A stretch of 64,000 bases of DNA, taken from contig CM082584.2 in NCBI GenBank assembly GCA_040954595.2, positions 11,684,552-11,748,551 of the forward strand, given 5' to 3'. Below the pieces are notes generated by a model. It saw only the letters and a program-made list of their open reading frames with translations, was not told the DNA's origin and ran no database searches. Of this stretch, positions 51,901-64,000 are shown one piece after another; position 1 is the first letter of the stretch; every line of letters starts with the position of its first letter. The position numbers and the translations under genes were made by a program. This DNA comes from Balanoglossus misakiensis (Eukaryota; Animalia; Hemichordata).

Positions 51901-54854
51901 GTACATGTACATGTGTATAATTACAGAGGATCCAGACAAAAAATCTCAGTAAATGGTATTCCAGTTATAGCGCTGCCAGTAGCAACGATTAAGAACAATT
52001 CCGTAGTTTGGGGGGCACTATAGTCTGCTGATTAATCCAAAGGCACAGTTTGTCTCCGTTCCCCTTAGCAACGATAAAATTACATGTTTCAATATTTCAG
52101 ATCCTAGGGAAAAGGCAATTGTGTACCGCTTTGAGTCGTGCGGCAAGTAGAATGTGAAAGTGTCTGTCCATGAACTGTTGCTTGCCAAATAACCCTGAGG
52201 TGTGCTTAGGCTATTACATATTCTTAAGCTGCAAATTGGACTCAGTCTATTAGTTGGGAAGACTACAAATCTCAATTTCAGTTTGAGATTAAAGAAATTA
52301 ACTTCTTCAAAGAGGTCGCATGCAGTTATCCCTATGATACAAGATGGGAGAGAATTCTTGGGGGGTTAGATTTTATAAGTCCTTGCAGTAGCTGCCTGCT
52401 TGTAAAGTGCCACTCGACTGTACACAGCACAGACTGAAAACACTCCATGAAAATCAACCAAAAAGCTGAGACAATCATCCTTGCAGATCGGCAAAAAATA
52501 CTGAAAAAATAGACAACAAAACACTAATATTTACAGAGTGATTTGACATAGATACATAATCTGTAATACGCTTTAGCTGCTGTAACGTTTTGCAGTACGA
52601 GTTGGCATGGCAACTGCCAAGTTTCCAGAGCAGTGCATGCTGGGAGCAGTCAAAATGGCGGAAAAAATTTCAGTGAAAAACAAAGGCAAACAAAGTGTAC
52701 TAGTAATAGTATTACAAGTAGACAATGGTCGTACCATGCACCCAGTACAAGAATTATTTCCTTTTATAAATATACATGACTAGAAAAGCTGTCATATTGT
52801 CTTTATTAATGGACCAGTTGAAAATATTTTAATCAGGTTAGCGAACTAAGCAACAAAGAATGTGCAGCCACTTGTGCGAGCTATAAATGTGATTTTCAAA
52901 GGCGATTGTACATGTGTTATCATCGACCTATCTGTGCTGTTCACAGCAAAGCCGATATTAACTCAACAAACAATTACTTTGTTTCAACACTGATACAGTT
53001 GCCAAGGTCGGCTGAAGTTTCTTCATAATCAGCTGTATTGATATGACGGACATATATATCAGTTATATAGGGTTGGTGGATTGTCAGTGTGATAATGAAA
53101 AATAAAAACTATCATGCAGATAAGGCAGATAATTCAGAATTTTTCCATAAAGCCAGAAGCTAGTTACAGCTTAATGCTCCTCTAAAATTAGTACCTGCAA
53201 AATCGTATCTTACTGACTTTTTACTCGTAAGCAGAGAAGAAATGTCAGTTTGGGTGGTCTATAAATTGGTTATTTTGTGTTTGGTGGAATTAACCCGAGT
53301 TCTGACATGTTTTGTACACACACCCGTGCTTGAAAAGCCTAACATGACATTTATGTACACTCTTGTTAGAGTCATTGTAACAACATTGCCGTATTTCAAT
53401 ACCGTGTTAGTCAAACTGTAGCATCGTAAATTTCGCTCAAACAGGTCGCTGTACGCTGGCTATATTTCATGCCGCACATAGGGTACGTTGGTGGATATAG
53501 AGAGCTTTAAAACTGCCTCCGTGAACTCAATTGAAACAAACCCGGCAGTTTGTCAAAGCTAATGTTTTTATCCCATCCGTCAATTCAGCAGTCTCTCCAG
53601 AACCGGGAACGTGCCGGTTGTACACGGAATGACAACGAACCACCAGGGGGGCAATATCCATTTCTCCCTGAAATGGGAAATTAATAACATTGGGGAATTT
53701 CAGCGTTTCTGCTGTACTGTGTTCGATGGCAGTCATTGAAATATTAACCTGCAAATGATAGGCAGACAGTGTTGTCCACTTTATTGCTTTTTACTCTCTG
53801 CTTGCTATTTGACATTTTATTTGTGTGGATATTTTGCCGAAATTCCATGGTTTTTATCCCACCCTTTCCAATGGTGCATCAATTTTTGTGGATAAAAATT
53901 GGCATCCTGTGGAATGATGAGGCATCCTGTGGTAGATGAGTGAGTGCTAGATTTCAAGAATTTAACCGTTCAGATTGTTTATCACTGAAACATAAATATT
54001 TACCTCGAGGAGATAAACAGTGATATAAAACAGTCAAAATTCCCCACAGCTAACATTCCTACCAACCATAACCGCTTCTAACACTTGTGTAGTCACTAAA
54101 CAAAACCCAAATAAACTACCTGTCATTGTTGATTTGTGGTTTTCATGCAGTGTTTTTTGTTGTTGAAGGCAGGGTACATGACGATAGCCCTACGATTCCT
54201 ATGGGAATGTATACTTCCTATGGGAATGCATGTAAATTGATTGTGGTGAAAAATGGCAATGTTCATTAACCTGCTTGTGGCCTTTAAGCAAATAAAAAAA
54301 GCCTCTTTTTAATTCCTTCTTTTTGCTTTTTGAGATAATTTTTAGTGTACGCAATAAAAAGTGACAAAAAGCGTAGCCAAGGTTGAGTCAAGGTCAAGCC
54401 TGAGGTATTACCAGGAAATTCTCGTTTCCTCTTTTATTGAGGACTTAAATGCGAATTTTGCGGAAAGATATAATTCTGGATTGAAGTCACCAGGGCGATG
54501 CGATGCAGTGTTGAATTAAATTGATAGCTGAGAAAGAACTGACCGTACAATCAGGCAGCACAGCAGATTATTTGAGAGTTATAGAATTTGTGTTGGTTGT
54601 CACATTCTTCTTAGATACATTGAGCATTCAGTGAGATTGTTGCAATTGCATGGCGTGTCAGTAACCTATTTACCAAACTGCGTCGCTTAGAATTACTGAC
54701 AAAACATGACAGTGTGAGGTTGGGGGTCGGGCTTTGGTTCACTCGGCAATCTTCTGTAAAGGATATCTGTGTGCATTGGTTTTTCTGAGCACGAACAGGG
54801 TTTAATGGAACTGAATGAAACATTTAAGCCTCAGAGGTGCGCACCACATTAAGA

Positions 54855-55059
54855 TTAAGGTATATGCGCCTCGCAAATCAAAGTCTTATACATTGTCCTC
54901 ATATTCTGCTCAGGGCAACTTTCAAATGTTCTCTCTTGAATTTAGAGTAAAAATTTGCGGTTACCGTGTACAATTTTGAACGAGAGAGCAAAATTGTCTC
55001 AAATTTTAAATTCAAAATGGATGCCAGTCTCTGTATTAACTCTATGGAGAAAAAAAAAA
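54855..55059. mobile_element. Possible truncated non-autonomous TTAA-targeting DNA transposon fragment
   Basis: Begins TTAAGGTATATGCGCCTCG and contains AATTCAAAATGG...TGTATTAACTCTATGG. This resembles, from memory and not from a database search, a common MITE family of marine deuterostomes. No matching right terminus is seen. Confidence 0.35.
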
Positions 55060-58000
55060 TCAGTACCATGTCACTCTTCGCATCTACTGATATTTCCTGT
55101 TGAACTGCAGTATGCCTGTGTTTGTCTCCATGGCAACATTTCTCTCAGGTTTAATCAGGGCTGAAAATACAGCAGGAGCCTTTTATTGCAATAACACTTC
55201 AGCCAGCACTGTCATGTATACTTTCCATGCGAAGAAAAAAAGAAATTTCCCTCGTATTGTGTCGCTCAGTGGCTCAACCAAATGTCTGCTGATTTGTGTT
55301 TGCGAACGACTGTCTGTGCGTCAATTCTTGCTCGCTGTTCCTGCTTTCATGGAATACGCCGAGCTGTATAGACTCGAGCGGCAAATTGGTAAATTGGATC
55401 TGTAGCAAGCCATTAAGGGGCCTAAGAACCCACGCTTTTCGTGACTGTCGTGCAGGCTCGCACAAATGGTTATTGCTGTCAGCTTAAGTATCAACAGATC
55501 CTTTAAGTAAAATGGAGAAGAAAAAGATTAAATAGATGTCATTCATGTTTTTATAACCAAATCGTTAAAAATTTATGTTGTAAAATATTGTAAACTAGAT
55601 ACATTTTTAATGCCGGCATTCTGAAAGAGCAAATGTTTCTCTAGTTCTGACGTATCCAGACATTTATCTTTCTTGCTTTGATCCATTGATGTGTATGATC
55701 ACAATTACGAGCGTGTAGCATTTGTCTCTTCTCACAAACACAGTGACTCATGGCTAACTCGCTTACATAATTCATCTGGAATGAAATTGTTTGGCTGTGC
55801 CACTACCAATGAAGTTCATGAATACAAGAAAACATCAGTGCAACCAGTTGCTTGTCACATGTCCCACAAGTCCACGGGTGCATTTGCGAGTGTAGATACT
55901 TGTCTGATTGAATCATCCGAAAAACTGGAAAAGATCAGTGCATGGGGAGTCAAGCCGCCATCGCATGTACACGGAAACTATAGCAACGATTAGAATTTCC
56001 CACGTCATATTAGAATACTCGGCAGGCCCTCGAGAGCCATTAAACAACGAGGTGTCTGAACAGTGGGAGAGCAGACAACATTGGTGACATTTGTATGTCT
56101 GCAGCGTGGGATTCGGAGGATAACGAGAATTTTCCATTAGGACACTCGCGGTGAGCCGGTGATGGCCAAACGTTGTCGGCACTTGCGTCACTGCGTTAGT
56201 CGCGGAGAGGATGTACGTTGGTTCAGCGCGCATTTGATGAAATGCAAAACAAACCAATCTAGTTTAGGATCCTTCAAGTTAATTCGAGTGCAGTGAAGTG
56301 ACTTTTATATTTGGCAGTCGCTTTATCGAGAAAAATGTAGTGGAGTGTACTTGATTAATGAAGTTTTCGCGGAAGAGAACGTGTGGTGCTTAGTGCACAG
56401 ATTGGGTGTGGGTTTTTCTTGTTCGCTCGTGAATGTCGACGTTCTGTGCTGTTATAGGTGATAATTTGCATATGAGGCTTTGAGTTTTTACGTCAGATTT
56501 TCTTGGTTTTAATATTTTATGAAGTTTTAACATGCGTTTTCAGAAAACATGTAGACTGACGATAATGGACCAACGTAATTCAAAACCTGTTGGCTGAAGT
56601 GTCGTAACTTTACACATCCCCAAATGTCAGCAAGTGACAAACTTTAATAGCAAATGCAAGAACTGATGATGAAAAAGTTCCACTCCTGTCATCTCGGTGG
56701 ATAATATACTGCATGTCAGATACTTAATGTCCGATGTGAAAGTGAAATATCGCTTTGTCGTGTACAATTTATGAGCAAATCTTCTGTTATTGCATACCAG
56801 CATGTCCTGCTAGAACGATTCTGGTCCAGTCAATAATTTTTCCATCATTTTTTACATTTTAGTTTTATCACATTCTGTTGTGTCTGTCCTACTTTTAACC
56901 TGGCGGCACTAACTTATGCATCTTGCATTCACACCTAACTAAGGCAATAAACTGTCTGGCTGTAGAATTTTTCACGTCATTTGTGTGGATTGGGATGCGC
57001 TGAGAGATTTTGAAAGCTGTCAACAAAGTTACCTTTTAGCACAGTGTGTGAAGAAATCACCAAAATGCATGTGCATTAGTAGCTGTTAATAAACTCAAGT
57101 GTGAGGATACTCATCGCTTCATTTTGCAGAGCTTGCCTTGGTGCTTCAGTTGCCATGGTGATGATAACCAGGCTGCCATTTTTCATCAACCATAAACGTA
57201 TATTAATGTTCTCATTTGCAATAATAAAACGAGCCATGTGGCATTTCCATCGCTCCAAAAAAAAAATCCTAAGAGTGCTTGTAATGATATATCGCCATGA
57301 CCTTTTATGCGACCCTCGCATACAGGCCAAGTGGCTCTCTGGTACTTTGGGGTTTTGTGTTGCCAGGGAAACTGAACCAAACATATGCTTCTGATGTCTA
57401 AATCAATAAGTGGTTGGCTAATGATATTTTTTGTGTGTGGGGGAAAAATGAGTCTGTTTTTCATTCGGGCGTGATTGAAATTAAATTACTAGTACATTCA
57501 CCCATCAAAACTGTAACAGTCTGTGTTATTTCTGAATTTAATTATAAACCATTGGTCTCACTCTCAGCCAGTCAAGAATCACCTGTCAAAATGTGTAATG
57601 AGTGATGTGCACCATTTTCAGGTCAGTCAATTTCACGCCGATTTCTTAGTGCAATACCCAGTGTGGAAATGAATGCAACCTCTTTTGGTCGTTTCTTAAA
57701 GGTGCAATTCTGTGATGTACCCCAGGAGATCAGTGCAGTCAGTGCCAGAGGACGTATTTTCCATTTTCTATTAAAAGTTCATGCTGGTATTAAGAAGAAC
57801 GTTTTGCTCATAGCTGTAGGAATTGTGTACCTATACCCAAAGTGTATGTTTTTGCATTAATAGTTAGATGTTGTCATCTCCAAGCTAGTAATAATAGAAT
57901 AGACTAGCATGTCTGGGTAATACGTCAGTCGGTATTAAGACAGACCCTCTAAGCTTCGGATCGTGTCTCTTCCATTTATTTCCATTTGAGTCGGCCGCTG

Positions 58001-59306
58001 GTCATTACACGATCGATGTCTTCATAATCCTTTGGGTATTATAGAAGGGAGTCTATGCATCCATCACAACCAATCTGATACACGACTTTTGCCAGGACAT
58101 AAATAATGTGTAAGAAATAGTGCAGAAAGTCATAAATTATGAAACAACATATCATTCATAAACCATTATGTGGATCATAACTGCAACAGAAACCCAACTT
58201 TGGTAATATAAAATATTTACTGCCGTATAGACAGAATTATCATTTTTTTTAAAGGAAACATAAAACTCAGTTGAACATTTGTCAAAATGTCAAAGTGTGA
58301 CTGTCGTAGATTTACTCCCGCATCTGATTTTTACTATTAGACACCTGTGGTCATCATCGTACATATGATGGTGAGTGCGGCTTTAGATGCAAATTGTCAT
58401 TATGGCCCTGTGGACCACTGCTCATTACCATTCAAGTGCTGCACGTGTATTAAAGAAGTTCAACAGAAACTGCTTGGCACAGCAAGCAGGGGGGTCCCAC
58501 GCCATCCCTTGGTGGTGTCTATACACAAACATCCATCGAAATACTGGTGGTTCTGTGTGCCACTGTGCCTGCATCCCCGTAGGGTAGAAACCCACCATGC
58601 TGTTATGGCTGTTTTCAGACAATGACTGCAAGCCACCGCATCACACTGCAGAAATCTTCTCCACAGTCACGTCTGTTGCTTTTGGCCAGGCGTCACTGAA
58701 TTTCCACATCTCCGAGATGTGCGTGTTTCTTCTTTTTTGTACAGTGATTCTCCTTGCACATCTGCACAAGAAATTTTTCATCTCCTCAGGAGTGACCTCC
58801 TTTACGGTCGACCTATTTCAGTTTTGTTCCAATTGTGGTGTAATCTAACAAATGGCGACATGCATGACATTGATGAAAGACGACATGATAACATATAACC
58901 AACGTACTACTACTGTTTGCTCAGCTCCATGACAATCCCATAGGACCTGAAAAATTATGGTCAAGTGGACGACAGCCTAACTAGATCTTCTCAGGGGTGA
59001 CCTGATCGAGTCATATTTGTTCAGTCTATGATGGATAGGACTGTGCTGTTTTCAACTGTGATCTAGTCGAAATCATCTGCTTGTGTCAGAAATCATCTTT
59101 CAATATACAAATGGACAAAGTCACTAACTTTGGCATTTTTTGGTTATTTTTATCTCTTTTGATGGGTATTGATGTTATTAGTTCGAACAATGAGATATGG
59201 TTTGGTCAGTGAAGACTTGTTTTTCAAAGTAAAACCTTCAACTATAGTATTTTGGCTGAAACAAGATTTCCTCCCTGACATTCTGTATTTTCCCCTCCCA
59301 TTTCAG

Positions 59307-59575
59307 AAAAAGTAGCCATAAAAATCCTGGATAAGACTAAACTGGACCAGAAGACGCAGAGGTTGCTTTCCCGGGAAATCAGCAGCATGGAAAAGCTTCA
59401 CCACCCGAACATCATCCGGCTGTATGAGGTCATCGAGACGCTGGCCAAACTCCATATTGTGATGGAGTATGCACCAGGTGGCGAGCTGTTTGCCAAGATC
59501 TCAAACGAAGGGAAGCTGACGGAACCCGAGGCCAAATCACTCTATTGTCAATGTTTGTCAGCATTAGAACATATG
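59307..59575 (+). CDS. NIM1K: NIM1K second coding exon (kinase subdomains II-VIa); gene continues beyond window
   Basis: Acceptor TTTCAG|, phase 1 matching the previous exon. Encodes EKVAIKILDKTKLDQKTQRLLSREISSMEKLHHPNIIRLYEVIETLAKLHIVMEYAPGGELFAKISNEGKLTEPEAKSLYCQCLSALEHM, then ATG|GTGAGT. The next exon (HRDLKAEN catalytic loop) was not found before 64000. Confidence 0.96.
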
Positions 59576-62500
59576 GTGAGTGGACTTGATTTGTACGCGT
59601 TTTTAATATAAACTGAATTGCACCTGCTGACAGGCAGGATCCAATTGTCCCCCCCCCTTCTAGTTATTATTGTGTCAGATAAATTTTCATGCAGAGAGTG
59701 ACATGTAAAGATTTTTTAAAAGCGCAGAGCCATAGAACACACACACTCTTCAACACTGATTTCCAATTATCCATTGATATTTCTCTCCACTTTTGTCAGG
59801 TGACATTTTCAGACCCACAAGTACCACTAGTATCCATGGCAACCTAACAATATTCTGTTGAACTGCAAAAAATAAAATGATGATCACGATCCAAACTATA
59901 GGTGAATAAACATCACCAGACTGAATGGTATTTTGATGCCTGCATATATTTGCATCAGGCAAGGCTTATAATCTGCCGGTGGTCAGAGTTCGCAATCACA
60001 CATATTTACACTATCTGTCTTTTTCTGCCTTTCAAAATACCTCTGTATGATTGTAGTATTGGCTATTGAATGGCAGTCGGTCGCTGGTGGTTCACCTTTT
60101 CTTCACTCTAGATTACACAGCTTTGCAACTGCTGTGGATCCGGAGTTGATCCTGCAGATAAGCAACAGCTTTTGTCACTAATCGATAAGTCTCACACGGT
60201 TCCTTTTGTGTTAAAAATTCAGCCGGTATCTTTTTGTAACTGATAAAAAATGTAGTTGGATTTTCGGGTACATGTACAATATCTTTTGCTTTATCATATC
60301 GAGATCTCCTGAAATCGTCACTTTAATATGTAATTATTTGTCAATCAAGTATTGTCATATCTCATCTATTCCTAATACAGTATTACAGGTCACGCGGTGA
60401 AGACCTTGTGATTCTGGGCGGTCAAGGTTCATGTGAAGACAATACTTTGCTTTCAGGAGAGTATACATGTATATCCCCCAATGATTGAATCCATCAAATA
60501 ATTTAGGCCCTTTCTCCCTACATGTATGTCTGACATGTACAGGGCTTTTTCCAAGTATTTAGTTTGAATGGATTGTTAGTTGAATGAAAGGTCAGGAATT
60601 CCCACTGTTAACAGGTTTGCAAGGTCAATTCTGTCCTTTTCGGAGATACTTTACTGCTTTTGGGAATTGTGGTGCATTGCTGACATTTATTTGAGTTTGT
60701 TGACATTGGCTTTGCTTTATTTGACTTTTGTAGCGAGAAATTATTGCCTTAAATAGTATGCGGACCAATTATTCTGGACCGATTACTCGAAACCGAAGGA
60801 TTTGCAAATTGCACTGTATAAAACACCACCCTGTGAGAGATGTTATTTTACTGGAGTAGAGAAATGACAGTAAAACATTCACCAAGGGCAGTTTCAAACC
60901 TGATTTCATCCTCAGGCTGGTGTGCCAGTTCTGTCAAATTTACTTCAATTACTCGTGCCAATAAAGTGGCTAGGGATTGGTAGTTCTGTCAGTTTGGATA
61001 AGCTCTGTTTGCACCACTGAGCCTAAGAGTCTCCGGGAAGCTGAAACAAGACGTTGATATTTTCCGGTACGGTGCACAAATAGCACTTTCTATGGCTTGA
61101 AGGGCCACTTCAGGTGTAACTCCCTGCAGTATAAATTTGCCGAAATCCATGTGTTGAATTCAAGTTTAATAAGCTTGCAATGGCCGTGAGGAGATACAGA
61201 TGTTCAATTGATACCAAGTTGGCTAACATGTAGCACCTTAAAACTGGCAAAATTCTGCTCTGTGACAGTTTCACCTTTTGATATAAATATAGTTGCAAGC
61301 ATTTGATGAAATTACATTGTTAGGACCATTGTTAAATCACGTTAGAAAGACAAAAATTGAGAGACACTGATCATGCAAAATTCCCATCGTATTGCAAATG
61401 CGTCACCAGGAACTCGTTAGAGGAAACTGATAAGTCGCTCACAACGACCTTTGAAGATGGCAGGGCAAGAAAGGTCGCTCGTATACGGTTTATTGTATCA
61501 ATTTATTGAATCAGGAAAAAAAGATGGCATTGAGAAATGAGTGCAGATCAATCAGAGTTATTACATAGAGGTACAAGATTACTACAAAGCTATCTCATCT
61601 TATCAGCATTTTTTCTTTCTAGTGGCCATTACTGCTGTTGTCGTCTACGTGGAACCACAGCATGAAAGAAAGTCGTAATCGGGTTCTTTCTCAGAACTTA
61701 CTGTTATCATCGTGACTATACAAGACGAATTCATCTGTGGTTTATACAACTATAAAAAGATATAATCATATCCTGTAACTGGATAGTGTCCGTTGCAAAT
61801 TGATTGGTATTCAATCTTAGAAGACTGCCTATTGTAGATTAAATATGAGGAGGTTGGTTGTTTGGATGATCAGTAAATTATCTGCTGAGTTCCATATGAA
61901 TATTCTGTCGTAAAATGGGTACAAGCAGCTGATTGGATGAAATATTAGTAGTTGTTAGGGCAAGATGGTAGGTATACATGTTTCTGATCCACTCCCAATG
62001 AGGATTTGGTAGAGCAATTGGTTGATAATTTGTTCGTCTGGCATCATTTGTCATAGGGTATGAACAGTACTGGAAACATTGCTCATGAATACTCTAGAAC
62101 TTCATGTACCTGTAAACTTGTTTTAATGTTGTAATTTTCCCCATTATCAGAAAGCTTCATGATGGTGAGAAATTTTCTCTGAGAGAAAAAAGATGATGAT
62201 AGATGGTATCTTCACCATGGCAACAAAAACAGTGCTTCTCCCCAATCCTCCCCTTAAGGCAAGTTGTCGCCACTCAGTGAATTTTCAGACGATGAGAAAA
62301 ATAGACAGTATATAAAAGGTGACAAAGGGCACAGCCATAATTCTCATGAGATGGATTGATGATTATTAGAAAGTTTTGTCTTTTCCTGACAGTTCAATTC
62401 GTGATTATTTTCTAATGAGTGTTCATTTTACGAGGTGTTTATCACAGCCAGTTCTATATATCTGCTGTGCTTTGCTTTCATCACCATGGCAATCCGCACT

Positions 62501-64000
62501 CCACACCTCTCGATGAGCTGCAAATGATGGAGACACAACAACTGCCCTTTTATTGATAGCCATATATCATGATACAAAGTTGCTGCTACGAGAGAACATC
62601 TCTATATGAAGATAGATTCCCACCGTGATTCACTGTGCAGGTTAAGATATTTAGGTTTAGGTTCTATAATGTCAACTGATTACTGCAGGAATAGATGCAG
62701 TTTCAGCTGCAAGTTGGGTTTCAATCAAATCTTATGTCCTTAGATAAAGCCATGTTGATGCAGTTGTATTCAAACGCCTACAATGCCAAGAATTGAAATT
62801 GTGTTGTGGGAATTGACATGACAATTTTCCTGCGACATATGAAATATTAAATAGGTGTGTGGCAAAAAGGGGGAAAATTGAATTTCTAGAACTATATAGA
62901 AAGAAAAAAAATTTCTAAAAGATTGCTCTAACAGATGGAGCCCTATAGGTATGTTTTGATGAAAACAAAATGTTGTTTTGTGCTCGTGTAACGACGTCAC
63001 TATTCAATAACATTGCTGTCGGCCGAGAAATTTTATAACTTTGAAGAGTCGCGACGCCTAAGGATATTTTTTGATGTTTTTCATTGATATGTTTTGAATT
63101 TGATCAGGGAAAATTAAAATGTGCTCCTGTATGTTGTCTGTATGTATGCATTTTACTCCGTACTTGGACAAACTGCCATAAATCTTCTACTAAGGAGAGA
63201 CAGAAAGGGGAAAGGTCAATCAAACGTTGACGGGGTACCTGATCCCACGTTGGTGGGGGTTCACATCATTGGACGGAATTCTCGGTCCGACGGCTGATAA
63301 ACATTATGTCTATCTCAACATCGAAACTCGAAGGCTTCCTTTTTACTGGCAACCTCGAGAAGTACTCGATGCTATCTGTCACTTAATTCTTCTTGCTGAA
63401 GACTGAAATATATCAGTTGCCTAGGAACATTGCTCTGATGGTCTCCTTTAGTAATGCTCGCAGAATGTCAAAATGTCAAAGTCTAATGAAACTCTCGTCA
63501 GATTTTTGTAGCAAATGGAGCGTTTGATCCCATCCTGTTGATTATCGAATCTCAAATTTGTATTTTTAGATAAATCGAGGGTAATAAAGTAAACACAGCA
63601 GGATGTGTGGGACGTAGTTTTTGCTGAGAAAGGTCTTGAAACATCTCCCAATACATCCAGTGATTGAGGTGATTGTACTAAGGATAATTAAGTGTAATAA
63701 CCTCTGGTGACGTGGTTGAGGTGAAATTGGGCTAATTTGATGCTCAGAAGGTCAGAGTATTGACTTTGGGGGCGTGCTTGTCCTTGGTTTTTATAGAAAG
63801 AAAATTGACGAGGTCTTTATTTCATTACCATATCCATTGTCATACCATGCAGGCGTATCTGATACAGAAATAATGTCAAAATTCAAAACTGAAATGTTAG
63901 TCTGCACTCTGTCCACTCTTTGCTGCTCTGTTTAATTTTAATCAACACAGTGTCAAAATCTGTATGTATGTATGTGTGTCCCCCAAGTGCCTGCGTTCTT

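Noticed and set aside
1-64000. CRISPR arrays, rRNA, conserved miRNAs (miR-31, -33, -34, -7, -9, -124), snoRNAs, REST/RE1 sites
   Set aside because: Only seed-length or partial matches were seen (e.g. 12 nt of miR-33 antisense near 14600), without hairpins or box spacing. There is no repeat-spacer periodicity.

Overview
Animal (eukaryotic, intron-rich, AT-rich) genomic DNA. Gene architecture and repeat style suggest an invertebrate deuterostome, which is an inference. Three spliced protein-coding genes can be assembled from canonical GT-AG exons with consistent phases. (1) CAAP1 (caspase activity and apoptosis inhibitor 1), minus strand, 4 coding exons, 31905->29407, about 400 aa. (2) PRKCSH (glucosidase II beta), plus strand, 13 exons, 33666-37796, 535 aa ending in HDEL, head-to-head with CAAP1. 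(3) The 5' part of NIM1K kinase, plus strand, coding exons 43560-43860 and 59307-59575, continuing beyond the window. The left ~29 kb has no recognisable coding exon. It does contain several minus-strand first-exon/promoter-like sites, three diverged copies of a ~90-bp TTAA/CCC-type mini-MITE, and small tandem duplications. Two tRNA-derived (SINE-head-like) elements lie in introns. The most striking non-coding signal is a dense series of RFX X-box palindromes through the NIM1K locus. No prokaryotic-type system, CRISPR array, rRNA or intact transposase was seen, and most ORFs in the supplied track are spurious.
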